Source: a virus. Taken from it: DNA of 64,000 bases. The stretch covers positions 11,684 to 75,683 of IMG/VR virus record IMGVR_UViG_3300036795_000241; one strand, written 5' to 3'. A model generated the notes under the pieces. It was not told the DNA's origin. It saw only the letters and a list, made by a program, of their open reading frames with translations, and ran no database searches. Within the stretch, counting starts at the first letter, position 1; the number at the start of each line of letters is the position of its first letter. The position numbers were made by a program, and so were the translations under genes. Of this stretch, positions 48,577 through 57,326 are shown piece by piece.

Positions 48577-48605
48577 TTGACAGTCGCGGGAGGATCTGCT
48601 ATACT
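48577..48605 (+). promoter_or_regulatory. Primary-sigma promoter
   Basis: TTGACA-N17-TATACT. Confidence 0.8.
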
Positions 48606-48657
48606 GGGTCCTGTGAGAGGAGCAGGGTCAGCCAGGGTGGCAGGACCCAACCGCGAC

Positions 48658-50170
48658 ATGGCAACAGTTCTCGGGACCAGGAACGCCGATGGAAGCGTCC
48701 AGATCGAGCGCGTGCTCACCCCGACCGAGGTCAAGAGCCGGCGGGGAAGTGTGAGCGAGAAGCGCGTTACCAGGTACCAGCAGGGCCGTGGCCGTCGGAC
48801 CCGGAGCGTGTACCAGGCAAGGGCACTGGGTTCCGGTCAGGGAGTGCTAGCCGCTCAGGACGCCGTGTTCACCGACAGCCCGCAGATCGACGAGTACCGG
48901 AGCGGGTTCCGGACCGCATGAGCGAATACCACGAGGTGCCCGGCACATTCCGATGTGCCGGGTGCGGGCGGGAGCACGCCAGCCACACCCCGCCGGTACA
49001 GATTGACTTCGAGCTTTACGCACCCGAGTGCGTTCCTGACAACTCCACCGCGACGGAGGGATAGCAATGGCACGAAGGACGGTTGTGCGCCGAAAGGCCA
49101 CCGGAAGCGTTACCGCACGGACCGCGGCCAGGCGCGCGGCGCGGAGACAGACCGAAACGATCCAGGTCCGCGCGGCCCGGCGGGTTGGCGGTGATGAGCC
49201 GGAAAGCGTTACGCAGGCCCGCACGTGGGACCGCAAGTACCGCCGGTATCTCGTGGCCGGGCTGTGCCACCCGTGCGCCGCAAAGGCATCGTGGGGCCAT
49301 TCGCTCGGATTCCAGAAGATCGATGACCCGTGCGCCAAGTGCCAGCCGATCGTGAACCAGTTCGCGACCCCCGGCCCCGAGGGTTCGAAGTGGCGTAAGG
49401 TCCTCGACAAGCTCGAGCGAAGCGTTACCCGTGAAGAGATGGAGGCGCTGCTTTGAAGCTCGCAGAACCGGCGGGTAAGCGCGGTGACCGAGTGCGTAAC
49501 GTGCATAGCAATCGCACGGCAACCGTGGAGCGCGTATCCGCGAACACGACATTCGTTATCTACGATGACGAACCCGGCGTAGAATACGGCGGAACGCATA
49601 GTGCGTTTGAACCGCTTTCGCCGAAGTAGGAGGAGCCGCACCGCGCCCCGGTCCGCCGGGGCTTCCGGTGTCTCCGAAGGTAACGGGCTACACCCCGCCG
49701 CGCTACCTACGCGAAACACGTCGCCCGATCCGTGTCCGAAGTGCGGTGCACTGGCGAACGAGCCATGCACGTACACGCAGGACCGCACGCAGATTCACCG
49801 CGATCCCGCCACGTGGGATTACGTGTGGAACGAGGGCGGTAAGCCGATGCAAATCATGCACCACGAACGACGGAGGAAAGCTATGACCGGATGCCCCGAC
49901 CCGACGCCACGCCCGGAGGACGGACAGACGTACACCGATTATGTCCTTCGCACGACCGGGAAGCCGGCGGACGCGGATCTCGTTACGCCGCCGAACGACT
50001 CGGAAACGACAACGCGACAGAAGGACAGCATCGCACACCAGCTAGTCGAACTCAGTTTCGACCCGCCGGCGTGGTTCGTAGCTAGCGCGTACCTGTCCGA
50101 CCTAAAGGCGCTGCTCCGTTACGTCCAGCGGGCTCACCTGCGCAAGGAGGCAGCGGAGAATGCTCGATAG
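48658..50170 (+). CDS. Run of short hypothetical genes (48658-48921, 49067-49456, 49601-50170 and others)
   Basis: ORFs after promoter 48577; CxxC motifs. Confidence 0.5.
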
Positions 50171-50651
50171 CCGCGATCCCGCCTGGATCTTCGACATCGA
50201 TGGCACGCTAGCGCATAACCGCAGCGGACGTAACATCGTCGACTATACACGCGTTAGCGAGGACGAGCCCGACGAAGCGGTGTTCCGGATCTGCCAAGCC
50301 CTCGTCGACAAAGGCGACACCGCGCTGTTCGTTACCGGTCGTGAGGACACGGAGCAGTGTCGACGCGATACCGAGCAGTTCCTGTACCTGAACCTCGACG
50401 TATTCGCGCTCGATCTCAGTCCGTATCTCTATATGCGCCCGGCAACCGAAAAGGATCGCTTCCGTAAAGGCGCCGAGCTCAAGCTCGAGATCTACCGCAC
50501 GCAGATCGAACCGAAGTACCGCGTTTTCGGCGTATTCGAAGATCTACCTACCGTGGTACACATGTGGCGCGAAGAGGCCGGGCTGTCCGTCTTCCAGTGC
50601 GCCTCAGTTCCTGAGCTCACTCCGGAGGAGGCGGCTAAGCGTGGACGATAG
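50160..50651 (+). CDS. HAD phosphatase (T4 PNK phosphatase-like)
   Basis: FDIDGTLA, VTGR, LYMR, K, FED...V.MWR..GL..FQ. Confidence 0.88.
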   Translation: MLDSRDPAWIFDIDGTLAHNRSGRNIVDYTRVSEDEPDEAVFRICQALVDKGDTALFVTGREDTEQCRRDTEQFLYLNLDVFALDLSPYLYMRPATEKDRFRKGAELKLEIYRTQIEPKYRVFGVFEDLPTVVHMWREEAGLSVFQCASVPELTPEEAAKRGR

Positions 50652-50901
50652 CACATTCGGCGAATACGTACCGGGAAAAGGCGGCGGCTCGATTTCGTAC
50701 AACGTGCAAGGGCTCCCCGACGGTCTCCCAGCCGGTACCTATGCGACCCGGGTGCTCAACGCACGATGGGTCGTGCGACGCGACGGCGTTCTCGACTGGG
50801 TTGTCGAGATGGAATTTGTCGGACCGGCAAAAGATGACGAGCCGTGTCTGTTTCCCTTGATCAAGACCGACGTGTCCGGAGGGAGTGATCATGGTGAGTG
50901 A
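50641..50901 (+). CDS. Hypothetical protein, last rightward gene
   Basis: GGAGG RBS. Confidence 0.5.
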   Translation: MDDSTFGEYVPGKGGGSISYNVQGLPDGLPAGTYATRVLNARWVVRRDGVLDWVVEMEFVGPAKDDEPCLFPLIKTDVSGGSDHGE

Positions 50902-50997
50902 TGGCCATTCCACCAGGTTCTCATTTTAACCCGGCCTAGGGCATCCCAGGACCGGATGGCTATGTAGTATGCTGGCCCTGGGATGCCCATTTGACCC
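50875..50997 (-). other. Conserved hairpin element, copy 2 (inverted)
   Basis: 15 bp stem 50939-53/50974-88; 20 nt loop with TACTACAT on - strand; box at 50875-50896 matches copy 1 at 20/22. Confidence 0.75.
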
Positions 50998-50999
50998 GG

Positions 51000-51484
51000 T
51001 TAGCCCTGGCCGGCCCACTTCGTTAGCGGACCGCCGTTACCTGGTTCGCCTTCGCGCCAGCCGTGCCACCGGTCGCGCTCCACCGTTACGCCATTGAACG
51101 CATCGAGGCACGCGGTGAGAAAGCTAGCGAGGACGAAGTCGGGCGTATCGGATACGTTCTCGACGCTGTGCTTGTTGATGAGCTCCTCGAGCTCCTGCTT
51201 AAACGTCGCCATCAGTACGACAACGTTCCGTAGGTGACGACACTGCTCGCCGTATTAGCGGTCGAGATTCGAATACCGGATCCCGCCATGATCACGAGAG
51301 CGGTAATCGCGAGCAGGCTAAACGCGCCCTGCAGTAGCCCATTGAACCGATTCGGGCGCGCGTAAATCGGCGTGCGGTGCAGCGGGCGGTATCGCTTGGA
51401 CTTCGTCTCGTCGCGAGTTCCGTAAAGGAAGATCGCACTTCCGATAGCGATGACGATTCCGCAGAGGGTCCAATATAGTGGCAT
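51000..51484 (-). CDS. Two small genes (51000-51212; 51212-51484 membrane)
   Basis: Coupled ORFs; SVENVSDTPDFVLA motif. Confidence 0.6.
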
Positions 51485-51495
51485 CGAACCCTCCC

Positions 51496-52134
51496 TTAGC
51501 AGCCGTCATACGGGGACCAGTTGAACTGTCCGCCGCGCGCCATCGCGTTGGCGAACACCTGGTTCTGCTCCGCCGCGCTGGCGTGTCCGAAGTCGGCACC
51601 GTTACCGCCGTAAACGACCCACGTGGAGTAGCTGAACTGGTATAGCCCGTAGTGACCGGTGGAGTTCATCACCTGCGTATTCCCGCCGGATTCCCGTGCG
51701 ATAACGCAGGCCTGGAAGCCGCTGTAGTTACTCGGGTTCACGGTAGCCGCCGGAGCCTGAATCGCTTTCGCAACGGGCGCCGGTACGGGAGCGGGAGCCT
51801 TCGGCATCGAGGTAACCGTTCCGGTAAGGGACAGTGCCGTACCGGGATAGATCAGATTCGGGTTCGCGATCTTCGCCTGGTTGAGCGCCCACAGGTACTG
51901 CCACTTCGCCGAGCTGCCGAGCTGGTTCTGTGCAATTCTGCTCAGCGTGTCACCGCTTCGGATGACGTAGTTTGTCGCACTGGCTAGCTGCGTTGCGAAG
52001 TGTCGTATCGGGTGAGTCGGAGTCGTGTAATTCGCGGGAATCGCTTGGACGGTCGTGCTCCCAGTGAGTGCGAACGGAAGGAGCACGTTAGCCAGCGTGA
52101 TTGCGGCTACGGCCATTAGGTAGAGCTTACGCAC
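51496..52134 (-). CDS. Secreted LysM + Rpf-like transglycosylase
   Basis: Signal peptide, YVIRSGDTLS.IA...NPNLIYPG, C...RESGG...GLYQF..STW...AS..EQ. Confidence 0.88.
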   Translation of the reverse strand: MRKLYLMAVAAITLANVLLPFALTGSTTVQAIPANYTTPTHPIRHFATQLASATNYVIRSGDTLSRIAQNQLGSSAKWQYLWALNQAKIANPNLIYPGTALSLTGTVTSMPKAPAPVPAPVAKAIQAPAATVNPSNYSGFQACVIARESGGNTQVMNSTGHYGLYQFSYSTWVVYGGNGADFGHASAAEQNQVFANAMARGGQFNWSPYDGC

Positions 52135-52235
52135 GATGCTAACCTTCTGTGTGTGATGTCGCCCTAACGAAAGGGTAGCTTATGCTTCGGGGTCACGGAA
52201 GCTAAGCGTACCCGAGGGCACTGGACGAGGAGATG

Positions 52236-53216
52236 CTACGGGTTGAGGTGATAACCGATCGGGGCTGCGCCAGTGTCGGTACGGTGCAGCACCACGCTGT
52301 TAACGTCCTGCTTCGATCCGAACGTGTACGTGAACGAGAAGCCCTTGGTCCCGTCCGGTAGCTTGATTTCGGTTACGAACGGCTCCGAAGCGGGGTGATT
52401 CACCGTTATCTCGACGGCCGGTGCGGCGCTCTGCAGCTTGTTCCAGTTCGGGGCCACGAAGACGATTTCGCTGAAGGTCCCGGCGAGCCACGACGGAACT
52501 GCGAACTGTCCGCCGCTAAGCGTTCCCTGTATCACGTTATCCTCATCTACGGTAGTAGGTTTCGGAGCCGGTACGGACCTGGTGGTAAGCATGCGCAGTT
52601 GTGCCGTAGTCATTCGAACTGCGGAGCAATCGACGGGACCGGCAAGACCGGGAACGATTGCCGCCGACGTGAACTGGAGCATCGTGACGCTTTTACCGCC
52701 GTACGAGTTCCAGTAGCTTGCGGGGACGTGCGAGTAAAGCGAGGACGGGCTACCCTGGTTCATCGTCGGGTACTTGCTCGCCCATAGCTCATCGAAGAAC
52801 GACAGATCGGTGTTGCCCCAGTACCACTGCGGCGGGTAGCCCCAGATCAGCGCGTTCGGGTAGAGAGTGCGCAGCCGACCAACGGCCTGGACCATGTCGA
52901 GCCGTACCGGATTCGACGTCTGCGTCGGTTCCGCATCCACGCCAACCAGAAAGCCGTCAAGGTTACCGGCTTTCGAGGCGAAGTAATCGGCCTGCGCTGC
53001 GCCGTTGTTGTGCTCGAGGAACATGTACGCACCCGGGACAAAGCCACTGGCTTTCGCGCGGGCGAGCATTGCGTTCTTCTGCCTCGGCCAGTACGGGTTT
53101 TCGTACCCCGTACCCTGCGTCACCTTCTCCCAGCCGAATTCGCAGATGGAATCGACACTAGTCCAGTCCACGTTGCCCTGGAAACTGGCGGCATCAATCC
53201 CGAAGATCTCCGTCAT
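52236..53216 (-). CDS. Endolysin, GH25 muramidase
   Basis: GIDAASFQG.VDW, KVTQGT, GAY.F, DAE, LWAS.Y, LQFTS, VD. Confidence 0.88.
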   Translation of the reverse strand: MTEIFGIDAASFQGNVDWTSVDSICEFGWEKVTQGTGYENPYWPRQKNAMLARAKASGFVPGAYMFLEHNNGAAQADYFASKAGNLDGFLVGVDAEPTQTSNPVRLDMVQAVGRLRTLYPNALIWGYPPQWYWGNTDLSFFDELWASKYPTMNQGSPSSLYSHVPASYWNSYGGKSVTMLQFTSAAIVPGLAGPVDCSAVRMTTAQLRMLTTRSVPAPKPTTVDEDNVIQGTLSGGQFAVPSWLAGTFSEIVFVAPNWNKLQSAAPAVEITVNHPASEPFVTEIKLPDGTKGFSFTYTFGSKQDVNSVVLHRTDTGAAPIGYHLNP

Positions 53217-53386
53217 ACCGCGATCACTTCATACGGGTGCAGTGCGATAAGGACGTCCGATAGCCACATGCTACCGAACTCCTTCTCGGCGATTCGAGAA
53301 CGGACGACCGAAACGGCAGCCCATGTGGCGGTCGCGAGGACCAGCAGTGCAGCGGATATCGCCAACGCTACTAGTGCTGTGATCAT
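53213..53386 (-). CDS. Small membrane protein
   Basis: GGGAGG RBS; TM helix. Confidence 0.5.
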   Translation of the reverse strand: MITALVALAISAALLVLATATWAAVSVVRSRIAEKEFGSMWLSDVLIALHPYEVIAV

Positions 53387-53472
53387 GGATGCCTCCCTTC
53401 GGATTACAGCATAACATAGGGATAACCATTCTGCTACATTTTCCAATAGATTGCTACAAGAAATTCTTTTGC

Positions 53473-53844
53473 TTAGCCGACGCCATTGTCTAGCTCGTGA
53501 CGCAGCTTATCGGCTTCCGCTTTGCTATGCGCCCGCTTAACCGCTAGCCACTGGGTGCGAAAGATCTGTATCGCACGCCATACCGTAGCAATCGGGATGA
53601 ATGCAACGGAAAGCAAGATGATCCACTGGTACGCCAACGTAGAAGTGGTAAACCCGAATACGATGTGCAGTGTCGCCGGGAGCAGTGCGAACGCAACCAG
53701 GTAATCGAAGTACACGAGATTGCGCCCGAGCCAGTTCTCCCACCACGGGAAGTATAGTCCGACAAGCGGGAATAGCATGCTGGCGCAGAACGCAACCACT
53801 ACGACGGGATTCCTTACGTCAGCAAGGAATTGCTGCTGCGTCAC
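53473..53844 (-). CDS. Putative holin (3 TM)
   Basis: PWW...GR motif, three hydrophobic helices, upstream of the lysin. Confidence 0.6.
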   Translation of the reverse strand: MTQQQFLADVRNPVVVVAFCASMLFPLVGLYFPWWENWLGRNLVYFDYLVAFALLPATLHIVFGFTTSTLAYQWIILLSVAFIPIATVWRAIQIFRTQWLAVKRAHSKAEADKLRHELDNGVG

Positions 53845-54307
53845 CCGTGGCTCCCTCGTTCTTGTACCTTACGCTCGATTAGCTCATCGATAATCGCAGA
53901 TACGGTATCGTGCTGTCGCATTTCATGCAGTGGGCGGATCACATCTCGCTTGGCTTCGGCTAGTCGCTGCTCGGACTTCTCGCGCTCTGCACGAGCCTTC
54001 GCAACGTCCGCATCCATCACGTCTTCATGCCGCTTTCTCCTCCAGCGGAACATTACGTCAGCTCCTTACGGAGACCCGCCATAACGTCGCGGACGACACT
54101 ACCGGCTAGTACCGCCGCATCGGAACGTTCTCGTTCAAGTTCGAGAGCCCGCTTAAGCTCCGTAATCTCGGTATCTTTGCGATTGAGCTCGGCCTCCATT
54201 CGCTTAACCGACGAGCGGGGATAAATCAGCTCGAGCAGAAACGCGGTCACCCAGACACCAGCGATTCCGGCGCCTTCGATTATCGAGACTACGAAACTGA
54301 CAGACAC
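53841..54307 (-). CDS. Two lysis-cassette small proteins (53841-54053; 54053-54307 TM plus coiled coil)
   Basis: Coupled ORFs typical of actinophage lysis cassettes. Confidence 0.6.
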
Positions 54308-54323
54308 GCATCACCTCCCAGTG

Positions 54324-54716
54324 CTAGCTACTCGGCGTAAACGGCATCGTATCCTGCATAGTAAAGAACGCACTCCCGCCGCCGAATACTTCGGACATAT
54401 TTGCTTCGTTAGCCCAGCCCCACTGGCGATTGACCACTACCGTAGCTTCAATGGCGGATGCTTCTACGCCGAGAAAGACTGCGAACAGCTGACAATATGC
54501 CGTAATCGCAGCCGTAATTGCCGCCTCCTTTTCCTGCTGATCAAAGTCACCGTAATTAATCGTCCAAGCGCCATCGACTTGACTGATGAAGTTGTAGTAC
54601 CAGCCGATACCGTTAATTCCGGACTCGTTATTCGGTACGGCGTAGTTTATAAAGCACTGGTAGTTAAGTGTCGCCACCTGCAGATTACTCGGTGCCGCGG
54701 GGAAGTTATTCGTCAT
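54324..54716 (-). CDS. Hypothetical protein after tail fibre (possible chaperone)
   Basis: AGGAG RBS; position. Confidence 0.55.
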   Translation of the reverse strand: MTNNFPAAPSNLQVATLNYQCFINYAVPNNESGINGIGWYYNFISQVDGAWTINYGDFDQQEKEAAITAAITAYCQLFAVFLGVEASAIEATVVVNRQWGWANEANMSEVFGGGSAFFTMQDTMPFTPSS

Positions 54717-54725
54717 TCGCTACTC

Positions 54726-57317
54726 CTAGACATCTAGCGGTATCTTTACTTCGATACCGATCGAGTTCGGACTATACGTCGATACTCCGAAGATCATAAT
54801 ATAGCCGTCTGACGTAATCGTTGCCCTAGCACCCCAGTTATTCGGTGAGGCTTCCACGGCAAAGACGGTACAGGATACCGGGAACCAGTGCCCGCCGCGC
54901 GTCCCGCTAGTAATGCTCGACGATGAAGCTCCCGTACTGGCTGGAACGATATACGGTATCGCGGTTGCGTTTAGCTTAGCTGGATTCGCCCCGAGAGTCC
55001 CGTTCACCCCCACGGCTATCGACAACTGAATTTCGTTTTCCGGCGTTTTCCGGTACTTCGCAAATCCGCCCGTGACGCCAATAAAGTTCGGGCCGAGGCT
55101 GCCCGAGAAGTCGGTCCACCCCTCCGGTCCAGTGCCGGCCGCATTTACGGCATAGCTACGACCCATGTATCCCGCGGGATACGCATTACCGTATTTATCG
55201 GTACCGGCGGCGCCAGCGATTGACGCAGCCAGTGGAGCGGATACTGGCGTATACGTAATGCGGATCAAGCCTCTTGCACCGTCGCCGCCTCGCCAACCTC
55301 CTGCAGTCGTTTGTGCCCCGCCACCTCCGCCACCGCCACCGGGTGACGTACCGTTCGATCCGGGCGAAGCGTTAAAGTTCGTACCGGGATTCGAACCCCA
55401 GCCTCCCCAACCGCCCCAGCCTCCGCCGCCGATACCGGCACCCGGACTTCCGGGACTGCGTACGTTACCGTTTTGCCCGATTCCGCCGAGTACTAGTCCG
55501 GTCGCAACTGGCCCGCCAGCTCCAGCCCCGCCGCCTCCGCCAGCTTCACCGGTACCCGCATTCGTGGCTCCGTTACCGCCATGCGAACCGGCGAGAGCTA
55601 TCGTATTCGCACTGGCCGCCGCAGCTCCGCCAGCGGAAGGTACTGCCGTTCCGCGTCCGCCACCGTTACACGTAAGTGTAACCGCATCCGCGATAAATGT
55701 CGTTATACCGCCGTCAGTCGAAAGGCGCCCGCCACCGATTCCGCCTAGCCCGCCTTGTCCGATAGCATACGTATACGCATGATTCGCCGTAAACGCTGCC
55801 GCTGGCTCGGCTGAATACCCGCCGGAACCGCCTCCGCCACCGCCGTTAGCACCGCCTCCGCCTCCCGGGCCCCACCCTTCGACTTTCGCTGTTAGCGGCA
55901 TATTCGGTGGCGATGTCCATGACGTACCCGAGGATAGCGTTACGATAACCTGACTCGGATTCGCCGCATAATAGAACGACGCCGGAAGCGTCATCCGCCC
56001 TTTATTGTCAATCGTACCGTCTACCTGGTACGATACCGATGATCCGTCAGTACTATACGTACCGAAGCTAAGTGACGCTGCTGATGTCGTATCATCGCTG
56101 TCCCCGGAGAGCAGTAGTGCGTAGCCGATTCCGTCGGTACCACTGGGTGACGTGAACACTGACGCCGGCTGCTGATTCGCCAGTCCGGGGTTGAACAGTA
56201 GCGAACCGACCAGCGCGGACATTAGCTCACCGACATCCGGTGTCGAATATGCCGTGACCGCTTCCAGTGAGCCCGTGTTGAACGGGATGTTCACGCCTGG
56301 AACAACGGTAACTTGCGACCCGTTACCGCCGGTCATCTGGAATCCAGCGGGATAGCCGTTACCGAATTCGTCTGTACCTGCGACAATCGACAGCGAGGCA
56401 ACCAGATTTCCCGCTTGTGGCTCGCCGCCGTAGCCGAGAAACTCGCCGGTTTGTGTCGACATTACGATAGTGCCGGCAAATGTCGCCTCGCCTGAGGTAG
56501 CGAGAATCTGAAACGTCGTATTACCGTTCGTATCGATACCGTATAGTCCCGAGCTATCCAGCTGAACTCCGGGTCCGCCTTCGGTACCGGCTACGATCGT
56601 ACTAGCGAGGACAATCAGCGCAGCAAGCTTTGTCGCATCGATTGATCCAGCTTCAATCGCATTTGCGGTTACTGCGTCCGCCGCGATGTTCCCCGCTTCA
56701 ACCGCATTCGCTGCAAGCTTAGGCGTAGTGATTGATCCATCTTCGATGTCGGTTTCCGTAATCGTACCCGGCGGGATAACCAGTGCAAGTGGTACGCCAC
56801 TAGTCTCAGTGGATGGCGTACTAGCTATTCCGCCCTGGTTTATCGCAACGAGACATGCGTAATACGTCGTACCCGGATCCAACGGAGCTACGGGATATGC
56901 CCCGGCGGTATGCAGTACGCCGGCTAGCGTCGTTTCGTCAGGCGTAAAGCCAGCTACGGCGGAAACGTGTACTTGGATATATGCGAAGTCGAATGGCCAG
57001 TCCGCCGTTCCATCCGCCGTATTCCCGTCCCACGTTATCGCCAATCCGCTAGCTACCGGTATCGCGGTCGGAGTTGACGGCTCCACTGGCGGAGGAGGTG
57101 AGTTCGTATGCTGGAACGTAAACGTACCGTCCGGTTGTAGTCCGATAACCCCGCGAATCGTACCGGAGCCATCGGTAATATACACTGCACCGTTATCGAT
57201 TGACGAACCGGTGAGTTGCGCCTGCCGAGACCCGCGCTCAAGCTGCGTAATGCGTGCCTGCAGTCGCTGAAGCTGACTCGACATCTGCATTGTTAGCTGG
57301 GTCAGTAGCGGGTCCAC
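54726..57317 (-). CDS. Minor tail/fibre protein with FN3-like and Gly-rich domains
   Basis: N-terminal coiled coil, FN3-like segment, I.A..I repeats, GGGGG repeats. Confidence 0.8.
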   Translation of the reverse strand: MDPLLTQLTMQMSSQLQRLQARITQLERGSRQAQLTGSSIDNGAVYITDGSGTIRGVIGLQPDGTFTFQHTNSPPPPVEPSTPTAIPVASGLAITWDGNTADGTADWPFDFAYIQVHVSAVAGFTPDETTLAGVLHTAGAYPVAPLDPGTTYYACLVAINQGGIASTPSTETSGVPLALVIPPGTITETDIEDGSITTPKLAANAVEAGNIAADAVTANAIEAGSIDATKLAALIVLASTIVAGTEGGPGVQLDSSGLYGIDTNGNTTFQILATSGEATFAGTIVMSTQTGEFLGYGGEPQAGNLVASLSIVAGTDEFGNGYPAGFQMTGGNGSQVTVVPGVNIPFNTGSLEAVTAYSTPDVGELMSALVGSLLFNPGLANQQPASVFTSPSGTDGIGYALLLSGDSDDTTSAASLSFGTYSTDGSSVSYQVDGTIDNKGRMTLPASFYYAANPSQVIVTLSSGTSWTSPPNMPLTAKVEGWGPGGGGGANGGGGGGSGGYSAEPAAAFTANHAYTYAIGQGGLGGIGGGRLSTDGGITTFIADAVTLTCNGGGRGTAVPSAGGAAAASANTIALAGSHGGNGATNAGTGEAGGGGGAGAGGPVATGLVLGGIGQNGNVRSPGSPGAGIGGGGWGGWGGWGSNPGTNFNASPGSNGTSPGGGGGGGGAQTTAGGWRGGDGARGLIRITYTPVSAPLAASIAGAAGTDKYGNAYPAGYMGRSYAVNAAGTGPEGWTDFSGSLGPNFIGVTGGFAKYRKTPENEIQLSIAVGVNGTLGANPAKLNATAIPYIVPASTGASSSSITSGTRGGHWFPVSCTVFAVEASPNNWGARATITSDGYIMIFGVSTYSPNSIGIEVKIPLDV

Positions 57318-57326
57318 TAAGCCTCC

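Noticed and set aside
50880-50929. SD plus ATG on the opposite strand of the twin-element box, encoding a micropeptide
   Set aside because: The two copies give unrelated peptides (MVSDGHSTRFSF versus MVGACHLTWSHTF...), so conservation is at the nucleotide level
52135-52235. c-di-AMP (ydaO) riboswitch or pistol/hammerhead ribozyme before the rpf-like gene
   Set aside because: The conserved core sequences of those families are not present; only a generic long hairpin is supported
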